Part shown: piece after piece, positions 45,520 through 55,161 of the stretch
How positions within the stretch are numbered: position 1 is the stretch's first letter
Layout of the letters: each line of letters opens with the position of its first letter
Source: an uncultured Candidatus Saccharibacteria bacterium
GTDB taxonomy: Bacteria > Patescibacteriota > Kazan-3B-28
Assembly (NCBI GenBank): GCA_964434605.1
Contig: CAYSVM010000002.1
Coordinates: forward strand, 47-64,046
DNA length: 64,000 bases
Direction: 5' to 3'
The notes under the pieces: generated by a model
Told to the model about the DNA's origin: nothing
Databases searched by the model: none
Seen by the model: the letters and a program-made list of their open reading frames with translations, nothing else
Position numbers and translations under genes: made by a program

Positions 45520-45801
45520 ATGTCAGCACAACCAAAGAAGAAAATCAGCAAAGTACGGGGCAAGACTCGTAGAGCCCACCAGCATCCCACCATGCCTACC
45601 TTAGGCGTGTGTGCCAAATGCAAGACAAAGAAACCAGCCCATATGGCCTGTCCTGAATGTGGCTACTACGGAAAAGCTAAGGTTCTAAACACCAAAGCAG
45701 ACAAGAAGATTGCCCAGGCATTGAAGTTGCAAGCAAAAGCTGAGAAGGACAAAAAGATTGCCGAAGCAAAAGCAAAGAAATCTGAAGCAAAAAAAATCTG
45801 A
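45520..45801 (+). CDS. rpmF: 50S ribosomal protein L32 with lysine-rich C-terminal extension
   Basis: 93 aa; L32 core with CAKC...CPECG zinc ribbon; KA-rich tail. Confidence 0.8.
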   Translation: MSAQPKKKISKVRGKTRRAHQHPTMPTLGVCAKCKTKKPAHMACPECGYYGKAKVLNTKADKKIAQALKLQAKAEKDKKIAEAKAKKSEAKKI

Positions 45802-45840
45802 TAAGTAGTTTTTTATCTCTCAATCTGGTAAATTGTAGCC

Positions 45841-46290
45841 ATGGCATCTAACCGCCATTTCGCCCGCATCCTAGTGATGCAAGCACTCTATGAACTTCAA
45901 CAGCGTGACGCTGCTGATTTATTGGAAATCATCAAGCGCCACTTAGAAAAACATGAGTTCGAAGAAAACAATCTTACCTTCATTCACAAACTCTCTGCTG
46001 GTCTTACCAAACACTTAGAAGATATCGACCAAGTAATCACTGTTTCCGCACCGGAATGGCCGATCCCCCAAATTGCCCAAGTAGATCTGGCTATTCTTCG
46101 TCTGGCAATCTTCGAACTGCTCTTCGACGACGAAGTTCCTCCAAAGGCCGTAATCAACGAAGCGGTAGAACTCGCTAAATCATTTGGAGGAGAAAACTCC
46201 AGCAAGTTCGTAAATGGAGTACTGGGCACTGTCTTTCGTAACTCTACCAAATACAATCCGGAAACTGATGAAAAAACTCCTCGCCAATAA
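45841..46290 (+). CDS. nusB: transcription antitermination factor NusB
   Basis: 149 aa; ARILVMQALYELQ NusB signature. Confidence 0.85.
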   Translation: MASNRHFARILVMQALYELQQRDAADLLEIIKRHLEKHEFEENNLTFIHKLSAGLTKHLEDIDQVITVSAPEWPIPQIAQVDLAILRLAIFELLFDDEVPPKAVINEAVELAKSFGGENSSKFVNGVLGTVFRNSTKYNPETDEKTPRQ

Positions 46291-46298
46291 CTCCCCAT

Positions 46299-46979
46299 AT
46301 GTCTAATCTAGCTTCTTTACAGAAACAAATTGGTGTTAAGTTCAAAGACTTGTCCCTCTACGAACAAGCTTTTACTCATCGGTCTTACATCAACGAACAC
46401 TCAGATGCCACTGGCCACAACGAACGGCTAGAGTTCCTGGGAGATGCTGTAGTAGAGCTACTTGTTACCCAATTCTTGTACAACAAATTTCCCGAAAAGC
46501 CCGAAGGAGAACTAACCAACCTTCGCGCCGCTTTAGTTCGCAGAAATACCCTAAGTGAAGTCGGCAAAGAACTTGGATTCGAAGAATACCTTAGAATGAG
46601 CAAAGGAGAAGAACGGAATGACGGCAAAGCAAAATCCATGATTATCTCCAATGCAGCAGAAGCATTCGTTGGAGCCTTGTTCCTAGATCTAGGACTTTCT
46701 GCAGTTGAGAAATTCGTAAACAAATTCCTTCTACCTCGTCTGGAAGATATTGTTGCCGGTGAGTCTCACATTGATGCAAAAAGTAAGTTTCAGGAAATAA
46801 TCCAAGAACGCCAAGGCTCTACTCCCTATTACAAGACGGAAGATGTTTCAGGACCCGACCATGACCGAATCTTTGTTGTTGGCGTATATGTCGACGACAA
46901 GTTGATTACCAAAGGCGAAGGCAAGAGCAAAAGAGAAGCAGAGACCAATGCTGCTTCTGCCGCTCTGAAGACTCTCTAA
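46299..46979 (+). CDS. rnc: ribonuclease III
   Basis: 226 aa; RNase III signature ERLEFLGDAVVEL and C-terminal dsRBD. Confidence 0.9.
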   Translation: MSNLASLQKQIGVKFKDLSLYEQAFTHRSYINEHSDATGHNERLEFLGDAVVELLVTQFLYNKFPEKPEGELTNLRAALVRRNTLSEVGKELGFEEYLRMSKGEERNDGKAKSMIISNAAEAFVGALFLDLGLSAVEKFVNKFLLPRLEDIVAGESHIDAKSKFQEIIQERQGSTPYYKTEDVSGPDHDRIFVVGVYVDDKLITKGEGKSKREAETNAASAALKTL

Positions 46980-46988
46980 AAAACTGTT

Positions 46989-47966
46989 TTAAGTTATATT
47001 CCAGCTATCTTCGCTGTTTTTTATTTTAACAGGAAGAGAAAATCCTGCCGCTCTCTTGTGTCCACCCCCTCCCATCAATCGTGCCAATTTGTTTACATCC
47101 ACCTTATCACTCTGAGTTCGTAGACTTCCCTTAAGTTCCCCTTCTGGTGTCTCAGATAACAACAATGAAAAATTCAAATCAGGCACAGTATTAATAAGAT
47201 TCACCAATCCCTCCACATCTTCTTTGGTAGTACCAGTTGCTTCTAGATCTTTATTGGTAATTACAGAGATAGTTGCTTTCAATTCATCGTCGTAACGCAT
47301 TCTTTTCAGCACAATCCCCCACAACTTCAATCGCTCTACTCTTTTCCCAATGTATATATGCTGTGCAATCAAACTAATATTGCCTCCTCTGGCAACTAAA
47401 TCTGAAGCAATTTCAAGTGTCTTCTTAGAAGTATTGGGATGCTGAAAAGAGCCAGTATCGAAACTGATACCAGTAAGCAAACAAGTTGCAATTTCTCTGG
47501 TAATGATTTCCCCCCAAGCATTCAATAAATCATACACCATCTCCGAAGTAGAAGATGTCGTCGTGTCTCTATAAGTGAGACCTGTAAGAAAATCTCCCGC
47601 CTGATGATGATCTATCACCACCAACTTCTTTGGCCAATCTATTCGCAATCCATCTTCTTCAAACCACCCAGTCCGCGACCACCCTCCGCAATCTAGCAAT
47701 ACTACGGTATCAAAATCTCTTGGCTCAAAGCTATCTTGAATCTTGAAATAGTAAGGCAAATAAGAAAAAACTTGCGGTATCAATCCATCAGCCGCCATCA
47801 CTACATTAAGTCCCCACTTTTCCGTTAGCACACCATAAAGCCCAATCATACTTCCGAGGGCATCTCCATCAGGATTGAGATGGACCGTCAGTAAGATCTT
47901 CTTCGCCCCCTGTAATATCTCCTTTATCTCCCGAGCTAGTGTTTCCATGACTTCTAAGCGTACCAA
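46989..47966 (-). CDS. nrnA: DHH-family phosphoesterase (NrnA-like oligoribonuclease/pAp phosphatase)
   Basis: 325 aa; DHH motifs (HLNPDGDALGS, DHH) and DHHA1 GGGH at the C-terminus; the true start may be the internal Met at ~47951. Confidence 0.8.
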   Translation of the reverse strand: MVRLEVMETLAREIKEILQGAKKILLTVHLNPDGDALGSMIGLYGVLTEKWGLNVVMAADGLIPQVFSYLPYYFKIQDSFEPRDFDTVVLLDCGGWSRTGWFEEDGLRIDWPKKLVVIDHHQAGDFLTGLTYRDTTTSSTSEMVYDLLNAWGEIITREIATCLLTGISFDTGSFQHPNTSKKTLEIASDLVARGGNISLIAQHIYIGKRVERLKLWGIVLKRMRYDDELKATISVITNKDLEATGTTKEDVEGLVNLINTVPDLNFSLLLSETPEGELKGSLRTQSDKVDVNKLARLMGGGGHKRAAGFSLPVKIKNSEDSWNIT

Positions 47967-48294
47967 AGATATCTAAAATCCGAAAAGTGCTCTCGGGATC
48001 CGAAAGTTTCAGCTCTATTTCAGGAAAACGACGCAACTCTATCTTAGTTGCTAATTCTTTCTTCAATTCACCAAGATGTTTCTTCACAACCTCGAATTGG
48101 TGTTGTGCTTTTTCTTTCACCCACGGACTAAGACTTATCCAGATCTCTATATGATGCAAATCTGGAGAAACAAAAACTTGATCCACTAAAGGCAATACAT
48201 TTACTCCCCAATCTTGACCATATTCAACAAAAAACTCCGCTGTTGCTGCGTGAACTACTGACGCCAATCTCTCTTGTCTTAGATTTTTGTCCAT
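47869..48294 (-). CDS. rbfA: ribosome-binding factor A
   Basis: 141 aa; RbfA KH-like core; downstream of infB as in the canonical nusA-infB-rbfA arrangement; 3' end overlaps nrnA. Confidence 0.8.
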   Translation of the reverse strand: MDKNLRQERLASVVHAATAEFFVEYGQDWGVNVLPLVDQVFVSPDLHHIEIWISLSPWVKEKAQHQFEVVKKHLGELKKELATKIELRRFPEIELKLSDPESTFRILDIFGTLRSHGNTSSGDKGDITGGEEDLTDGPSQS

Positions 48295-48300
48295 TAAAAG

Positions 48301-50058
48301 TTATATCAGCTTGGCCTTGCGGTAATCTACTTTTACAAACTCAGCCACATCATCTGGCTGTATTTTTGCAGATGTCGCTATCAAGAACCCAAAGTCCGTA
48401 CCAGGAGTAGCTTCTCCTACCTCTTCAGCTATGTGCTTGATAAGCTTTACCGTGCCTTCTCCCACCTCTTCTTCCCCTCGCGTAAACCTTACCACGTTCC
48501 CAATAGTAATCCGACCAGACACCACCTTCATCCCTACAATCTTTTCGTTTCTGTCATCACGGAAAATTTTTAGCACTGTAGCTTTACCTACCTGGGTCTC
48601 AACTTTTTCTGGCTCAATTGATTCCAGTAATATCTTGGTAAGATCATCGGTGAGATTGTAGATGATATCGTAAGTTAGAATCTGAATCTTATCCTTCTTC
48701 GCCATACTTGCAGCAGAGGGAGCTACATCTACCTTAAAACCAACTACAATAGCCTTCTCACCTTCGGCTGCTAATACATCTGATTCGCTAATATTCCCAA
48801 TCCCTTCCGAAATTATCTTTATCTCCCCCTTGTCTGTTCGAATCTTTGCTAATTGGTTTTTTATCGCCTCCAGGGAACCTTGCATATCTGCTTTCAACAC
48901 CACCGCAATTTGAGATGAACGAGATGCACGAATCTGTGCAGTAAGTTTGGAAAGGTCTGAAGAAGTTACAGAAATCCGTCGTGCCGTTGCCTGCTTTGCT
49001 TTACTCATTGCCAGCTCTCTTGCTATCTTCTCATTCTCCACTACCTCGAATAGTTCTCCTGCATTTGGCATTACCCCAAACCCTGTCACTCTAACCGGAA
49101 CCGAAGGACCGGCTTCTTTTACCCTCTTTCCGAGATAGTCTTCCATAGATTTTACTTTGCCCGCCCTAACTCCAACTACAAATGCATCTCCAATCCTAAG
49201 TGTCCCATTGTGCACTAAGAGAGTAGCGGTATATCCCACTTTAGGATCATGTTTGGTTTCAATAACAAACCCAGATGCAGATGCTTGCTTTTGTGCTTTC
49301 AATTCTTGCAAATCTGCTGTGAGCAAAACTAAGTCTAATAATTCATCTACTCCTTCTCCAGACTTTGCTGAAACTCCCACAATTACATCCTTCCCTCCCC
49401 ATTTTTCTGTAATAATATTGTGCGCTGCTAATTCCTGTTCGACTCGCTGGATATTCGCCTCTGGTCTATCTATCTTCGTGATTGCTGTAACAATGGGAAC
49501 GTTTGCTGCCCGAGCCAGTTCTATTGCTTCAATAGTCTGTGGCTTTATCCCCTCATCTGCTGCTACCACCAGAATTACCACATCTGTAACCTTGGCTCCT
49601 TGTGCTCTAATAGCGGAAAACGCTTCATGTCCCGGAGTATCTAGGAAAGTAATCTTACGTCCTTTGAATTCTGCCTGATACGCCCCAATATGCTGGGTGA
49701 TACCACCAGATTCTTTCTCGGTAATCTTGGTCTTACGAATGTAGTCTAGAAGTGAAGTCTTTCCATGATCTACATGACCCATAACAGTTACAATAGGTGA
49801 CCTTGGTTCTCCTGTCTCCACTCGCTTCAGTTCTGGAGTAAGAGAAGAAACATCTTCTTCTCTAGGTGAGACATCGTAGCCGAGATCATCTGCAACGATT
49901 GCTGCAGTTTCAAAATCTATATTGTCATTAATAGTCGCCAACACACCGTTGGACAAAAGTTGCTTTATTACCACCGTAACCGGCACACTGAAAGACTCCG
50001 CCAGTTCATTGACGGTCATAAGACCCGGTAAAATTATCTTTTTCTTCTCTTCGTTCAT
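48301..50058 (-). CDS. infB: translation initiation factor IF-2 (short N-terminus)
   Basis: 585 aa; G domain VTVMGHVDHGKTSLLD, DTPGHEAF, IF2 beta-barrel domains. Confidence 0.9.
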   Translation of the reverse strand: MNEEKKKIILPGLMTVNELAESFSVPVTVVIKQLLSNGVLATINDNIDFETAAIVADDLGYDVSPREEDVSSLTPELKRVETGEPRSPIVTVMGHVDHGKTSLLDYIRKTKITEKESGGITQHIGAYQAEFKGRKITFLDTPGHEAFSAIRAQGAKVTDVVILVVAADEGIKPQTIEAIELARAANVPIVTAITKIDRPEANIQRVEQELAAHNIITEKWGGKDVIVGVSAKSGEGVDELLDLVLLTADLQELKAQKQASASGFVIETKHDPKVGYTATLLVHNGTLRIGDAFVVGVRAGKVKSMEDYLGKRVKEAGPSVPVRVTGFGVMPNAGELFEVVENEKIARELAMSKAKQATARRISVTSSDLSKLTAQIRASRSSQIAVVLKADMQGSLEAIKNQLAKIRTDKGEIKIISEGIGNISESDVLAAEGEKAIVVGFKVDVAPSAASMAKKDKIQILTYDIIYNLTDDLTKILLESIEPEKVETQVGKATVLKIFRDDRNEKIVGMKVVSGRITIGNVVRFTRGEEEVGEGTVKLIKHIAEEVGEATPGTDFGFLIATSAKIQPDDVAEFVKVDYRKAKLI

Positions 50059-50133
50059 AAAAAATGACTGCTAAAGATGTTGCTAGCAGCCATGCAATTT
50101 TATTTTACTCCGAAATCTTCTTTCGAAGTATTT

Positions 50134-51453
50134 TTATTGCTTTTCCATAACCGAGATAATTTTGGCTGCTGTAGTTTCACCGATTCCAGGCAGTGCCACC
50201 AATTCTTCTTTGGTTTTGCCTACTAAACCGGCTTTGTTTTCAATTCCTGCCCCCTTCAACTTCTTAATAACCGCTGCTGTCAAACCAAGTTCCTTAAGAT
50301 CACTTGTTTCCTCTTCTCTCTTCTCCTTTGCTACCGGCTTCTGCAATTCCTTCAAACTCAAACCCAACCTATGACTCTCGGCACCCAAGTCGATAATCTT
50401 CAACTTCAGCTTGTCTCCTGTTTTCACAATAGTGCTTGGATCTACCACATGTTCGTGTGAGAGTTCAGAGATATGAATTAGGCCATCTACACCACCTTCT
50501 ACCTCAACAAACACACCAAATAACATGATCTGAGTTACCTTGCCCACAACTTCCTGTCCCACCCTGAAGTTCTGGATAGTAGTAAGCCAAGGATTAGCTT
50601 CCAACCGTTTCATCGACAAAGATATCTTATCTGCATCAATAGCAATAACCTGCACTCTTACTGTATCTCCCACCTTGGCAAAATTGCTTGGATGATCCAC
50701 CTTACCCCAACTAATTTCGGAAATATGGACTAATCCTTCTAGCTTTCCAAGAGAAACAAAGATCCCAAAATCTACAATTCCACTAATTGTCCCTTCCAAA
50801 ATGTCATCCACCTTGATATCTGAAACTAGTTCATCAAACTCACCCTTACGTGCAACCTTTTCCGAGAAAATAAGCTTACTAGTACTTTTATCTAAATCTA
50901 ATACTTTTACTTCCAGCATCTGACCTTCGAACTTCGAAAGCCTACTCAAAATCTCATCCTTGTCGCTACCTACTCTGGGATAGTGCTCTGGGGCAAGCTG
51001 GCTAACTGGCAAGAAGCCTCTCAAGCCATCTGCTTCTACAATAAGCCCTCCTCGGTTCGCTTCTACCACCTTTACACCAAACACCTCATCCCTTGCCATA
51101 CGCTCCTGTAATGCATCCCACCCTTGGTTTTCCAAAGCATCTCGAAGACTCAAGATCATGAAGCCTTCATCATTTTCTGGCATTAAAACTGAAGCAGTCA
51201 CCCTGTCTCCCACCTTGTAGTCTGGAGCAGAGATACCTTCTTCCGCTAATTCTTTGTTACTAATAATTCCAACAAAATGGCCATCATCAATGTCCACCCA
51301 AATCCGATTCTTGGTCATCGCAGTAACCTCACCAGCCACCAGATCTCCTGCCTGGTAGATTTTCAAACCATCACCCGAGTCATCGAGGTATTTTGCGAAG
51401 GCTGTCTTTGCACCTTTGGGAGTTGCCCCATCGGAGACTTTCGTCTTGACCAT
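50134..51453 (-). CDS. rpsA: 30S ribosomal protein S1-like (four S1 domains + C-terminal HhH)
   Basis: 439 aa; repeated S1 OB-fold motifs (GxV...G.FV..) and C-terminal helix-hairpin-helix. Confidence 0.8.
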   Translation of the reverse strand: MVKTKVSDGATPKGAKTAFAKYLDDSGDGLKIYQAGDLVAGEVTAMTKNRIWVDIDDGHFVGIISNKELAEEGISAPDYKVGDRVTASVLMPENDEGFMILSLRDALENQGWDALQERMARDEVFGVKVVEANRGGLIVEADGLRGFLPVSQLAPEHYPRVGSDKDEILSRLSKFEGQMLEVKVLDLDKSTSKLIFSEKVARKGEFDELVSDIKVDDILEGTISGIVDFGIFVSLGKLEGLVHISEISWGKVDHPSNFAKVGDTVRVQVIAIDADKISLSMKRLEANPWLTTIQNFRVGQEVVGKVTQIMLFGVFVEVEGGVDGLIHISELSHEHVVDPSTIVKTGDKLKLKIIDLGAESHRLGLSLKELQKPVAKEKREEETSDLKELGLTAAVIKKLKGAGIENKAGLVGKTKEELVALPGIGETTAAKIISVMEKQ

Positions 51454-51491
51454 ATCTATTGGTTAGCTGATATAACACGCGGATATTGCCC

Positions 51492-51520
51492 ACTATAAAG
51501 GAGTACGAAAGCCCCGTCAA
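51492..51520 (-). promoter_or_regulatory. sigma70 promoter (TTGACG-17-TATAGT) for rpsA
   Basis: Minus strand reads TTGACGgggctttcgtactccttTATAGT, ~40 nt upstream of the rpsA ATG. Confidence 0.55.
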
Positions 51521-51754
51521 CCCCGCTTCCCCTTCCTCTCTTCCCATAACCACAGATTATCCGCCCCCACAGCTAAAATACCTATTGGCAACCCCAGCCT
51601 CCCTTTTATACACCCCAAACACATCACTCCCCATGGGGAAAGGAGGATGCACCATTGGACGACTCAGGATAACTCCCCCAATAACTCACGGGAGTACGAC
51701 TACCACGGAGGTGGCACCTATATTGTTGGATTTGTAAGTTTGGTTAGTATCCGA

Positions 51755-51805
51755 GGTTTACCAAAACCAAGAGGGCGCATCAGAGCGCCCCTTTAAACTT
51801 TTTAT
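51755..51805. terminator. bidirectional rho-independent terminator
   Basis: gggcgc-atcaga-gcgccc hairpin, flanked by T-tracts on both strands (cuuggUUUUgg on -, cuuuaaacUUUUUaUUU on +). Confidence 0.7.
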
Positions 51806-51815
51806 TTCCCGAAAG

Positions 51816-52229
51816 TTATTTCTTCAAATATCTCTTCAGATACTTATCTCTCTCCTGCCCAGAAACTTTACTCGCTCTTTTGGCAGGAAAATCGAATTTG
51901 GCGTATTTAATCATCAATCCAATCTGAACTAAAACATAAACTACTAACAATGCAGCCCACAACCGCCAAGAGAAGTATTTTATTCCTTCATAACGAAATC
52001 CTAACCACAAGAGTCCTAGCCAGCCGACAACATTAGCAGTCGCTGCTGAACGCAAAGCTAATTGCCGTTGTAGAAACTGCAATTTTTTTGTTCGGCGAGG
52101 AACAACCTGTCCTCCAATTATCATTAACACCAATAGAACAAGAATTACCCAGTATCCCCAACCCAAGAACATCATCGACAAATTACTGTCGAAATAATAA
52201 GTCCAATCAAAAATATTTAGAATATTCAT
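51816..52229 (-). CDS. hypothetical membrane protein (137 aa)
   Basis: Three to four TM helices; basic C-terminus. Confidence 0.45.
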   Translation of the reverse strand: MNILNIFDWTYYFDSNLSMMFLGWGYWVILVLLVLMIIGGQVVPRRTKKLQFLQRQLALRSAATANVVGWLGLLWLGFRYEGIKYFSWRLWAALLVVYVLVQIGLMIKYAKFDFPAKRASKVSGQERDKYLKRYLKK

Positions 52230-52233
52230 ATTG

Positions 52234-55077
52234 TTATCTTAATTTTCTTCTTACAAATCCTTTTGGCTGTGCTTTTTTAACTTTCAATCTTGGAGTTGCT
52301 TTTCCTGTCGCTTTTTTAGTTAGCTTACGAGAAGTAAATGCTGTCTTCTTAGGAGCCACTTTCTTTGCTGATCTTGCAGGAGACAAAACTTTTTTCTTGA
52401 AAACAGGAGCAGCTTTTTTAACCACCCGTTTCACTACTGGTTTTGCAAGCGGTTTCTTCACTACTTTTTTAACCACTTCTACTGGCTCTGCTTTTTTAGT
52501 TGGTTTCTTTTCAGTCTCTTCGGAAGTTTCTTCCACTACTTCAGCTTCACTCACATCTATCTTCGGCAACTTTGCTAATTCCTGTTCTGTCATTTCTTCA
52601 TTGGGATTAGTCAGCTTTCCATCTGCCTCTTCCATGAATAGAACAGTAAAGGATGCAACCCTATCTGAATCCGTTTTCATCCGCATCAGACGAACACCTT
52701 GTGTTGCTCTTCCCAAAGTCGGCACACTCTTTAAAGGTAAGCGAATAATCTGTCCTCCAGTAGAAGTAACAATTACATCTGCTACTAAAGTTCTTTCAAC
52801 TAGCTTTGCACCAATAACTTTGCCTGTCTTAGCAGTTACTTGCATCGTCTTTATCCCCACTCCTCCCCTATGCTGCAAAGTATATTGAGACAATAAAGTT
52901 TGTTTACCTAGTCCATTAGCTGACATTACAAACAAAGCTGACGGAATTCCCTTACGAGCCACGTCTGCACCAATTACCTCGTCTCCTTTGCGTAATTTAA
53001 TTGCCCGAACTCCACGAGTGGAACGGCCTAATGGACGTGCATCACTTTCTTTGAATTTAATCGACTGCCCATCTTGAGTGACAATCATTACTTCATCTTC
53101 ATTCTGGCTCTTGCGTACCCACTTCAATTCATCTCCTTCATCTAGTTTAATGGCGATCAAACCGTTACTTCGGATATTCGCATAAGCCGCAGTAGCAGTT
53201 TTCTTAATCACCCCTTGTTTGGTAATCATTACAAAATCACCAGTCCAAGATTTCTCTGGCATTGCCAACAACGCAGTCACTTTTTCTTCCGGTGCTAGTT
53301 GAATCACATTTACTGCCGCTGTTCCGCGAGCAATCCGAGAAGCTTGGGGAATTTCAAATACTTTTTGACGAAAAACTCTTCCTCTGTTAGTAAAGAAAAG
53401 AATATCATCATGATTCTTGGCAACCTGAATTGTCGAAATCTGGTCTTCCTCTTTGGTGGTCATCCCAATCACCCCTTTGCCACCTCTTCTCTGAGTTCTG
53501 TATTCGCTAATCGATTGGCGTTTAATATAGTTGCCTACCGACATGGTCACCACCACTTCTTCATTGGGAATAAGATCCATGTCTGTAAAGTCACCAACTG
53601 TTTTTCCACTTAACTGTGTCCGACGCTTGTCTCCATAGCGATCCTTCATCTCACCACATTCTTTTCTAATAATTGCATCTATCTTCTTTGGATCTTTCAA
53701 AATAGATCTGAGTTCTGCAATGAGCTTCTGTTTCTCAACATATTCGTCCTCAACCTTTTTCCGCTCCAATCCGGCCAAAGCAGACAAACGCATCTCTAAA
53801 ATCGCTGATGCTTGAATTTCTGTCAGCTTGAACTTCTTCATTAAGTTCACATGTGCTTCTTCTTTGGTTGCAGACTTCTTAATGGTTGAAATTACTGCAT
53901 CTAGGTTATCTAGCGCTATTTTCAACCCTTCTAAGATATGTGCTCTCTCCTCTGCCTTATTCAGCTCAAACTGTGTCCTTCTGCGCACCACTACTCTTCT
54001 GTGATTCAAAAACTCCATCAACGCTTCTTTGAGCGTAAAAACTTTTGGCTGAATACCATTTTCCAATGCCAACAAATTTACATGGAAAGAAGACTGCAGG
54101 GGAGTTAGCTTAAACAATTGATTCAAAATCTTTTTAGGGTACGCATCCTTACGCAAGTCCGCCACCACTCGAATTCCTTCGCGATCTGACTCATCTCGAA
54201 GATCTGAAATCCCAACTAATTTCTTTTCCTTCACCAGTTCTGCAATCTTTGCCACCAATTCCGCTTTGTTTACCTGGTATGGTAGTTCGGAGACAACGAT
54301 TTGGTACGCATTACCATTCTCCACAATCTCCGCAACTGCTCGCATTACCACTTTGCCCTTGCCCGTTGCATATGCTTCACGGATATCTTTGGGATTGAAT
54401 ATAATCCCACCGGTTGGAAAGTCTGGACCTGGAATAAACTCCATCAGCTTATCTACATCAACATCTTCGTTATCTATTAGATGCATTACTGCATCCATAA
54501 TTTCACTTAAGTTATGCGGAGGAATATTGGTCGCCATTCCCACCGCAATACCCATTGCACCATTCAAAAGAAGTTGGGGAATCTTTGCCGGCAAAACATC
54601 CGGTTCTTTCTTTGTATTAGAATAGTTGTCTCTAAAATCTACAGTATCTTTATCTAAATCAGCCAATACTTCTTCGGCAATGGCAGTCATCCGAGATTCG
54701 GTGTATCGCATAGCAGCCGCACCATCTCCATCTACCGAACCAAAGTTTCCCTGACCATCTACTAATGGATAGCGCATACTCCACGGCTGAGCCAAACGCA
54801 CCAATGTGTCATATACCGCTACATCACCATGCGGATGGTAAAAAGCAATCACACCACCTACTACTTCAGCACTTTTCCTAAACTTTACGTTATGCCGTAA
54901 CCCGGATTCGCCCATGGCAAACAAGATCCTCCTATGCACTGGCTTCATGCCATCTCGTACATCTGGAAGGGCTCTGGCCACAATTACGCTCATTGCATAA
55001 TCCAAATACGACTGCCTCATTTCAGCATCTATGAGCCGTAAGTTCACTTTCCCAATATTGTTTTCGCTATCTGCCAT
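52234..55077 (-). CDS. gyrA: DNA gyrase subunit A with ~100-aa lysine-rich C-terminal tail
   Basis: 947 aa; N-terminal gyrase A core (active-site Tyr region RRILFAMGESG...), six beta-pinwheel CTD repeats, then a K/A/P/V-rich histone-H1-like tail. Confidence 0.95.
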   Translation of the reverse strand: MADSENNIGKVNLRLIDAEMRQSYLDYAMSVIVARALPDVRDGMKPVHRRILFAMGESGLRHNVKFRKSAEVVGGVIAFYHPHGDVAVYDTLVRLAQPWSMRYPLVDGQGNFGSVDGDGAAAMRYTESRMTAIAEEVLADLDKDTVDFRDNYSNTKKEPDVLPAKIPQLLLNGAMGIAVGMATNIPPHNLSEIMDAVMHLIDNEDVDVDKLMEFIPGPDFPTGGIIFNPKDIREAYATGKGKVVMRAVAEIVENGNAYQIVVSELPYQVNKAELVAKIAELVKEKKLVGISDLRDESDREGIRVVADLRKDAYPKKILNQLFKLTPLQSSFHVNLLALENGIQPKVFTLKEALMEFLNHRRVVVRRRTQFELNKAEERAHILEGLKIALDNLDAVISTIKKSATKEEAHVNLMKKFKLTEIQASAILEMRLSALAGLERKKVEDEYVEKQKLIAELRSILKDPKKIDAIIRKECGEMKDRYGDKRRTQLSGKTVGDFTDMDLIPNEEVVVTMSVGNYIKRQSISEYRTQRRGGKGVIGMTTKEEDQISTIQVAKNHDDILFFTNRGRVFRQKVFEIPQASRIARGTAAVNVIQLAPEEKVTALLAMPEKSWTGDFVMITKQGVIKKTATAAYANIRSNGLIAIKLDEGDELKWVRKSQNEDEVMIVTQDGQSIKFKESDARPLGRSTRGVRAIKLRKGDEVIGADVARKGIPSALFVMSANGLGKQTLLSQYTLQHRGGVGIKTMQVTAKTGKVIGAKLVERTLVADVIVTSTGGQIIRLPLKSVPTLGRATQGVRLMRMKTDSDRVASFTVLFMEEADGKLTNPNEEMTEQELAKLPKIDVSEAEVVEETSEETEKKPTKKAEPVEVVKKVVKKPLAKPVVKRVVKKAAPVFKKKVLSPARSAKKVAPKKTAFTSRKLTKKATGKATPRLKVKKAQPKGFVRRKLR

Positions 55078-55161
55078 ATTTATCTAAAATACTTGTTTGG
55101 TATCATTCACTCAATACGCTTCATCAGCGTTTCTCCCCCATGCTAATCCTCTCACTCTCTC

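Noticed and set aside
52088-52888. 266-aa plus-strand ORF
   Set aside because: Antisense to the gyrA 3' end (lysine-rich tail gives an F/L-rich reverse frame); not a gene.
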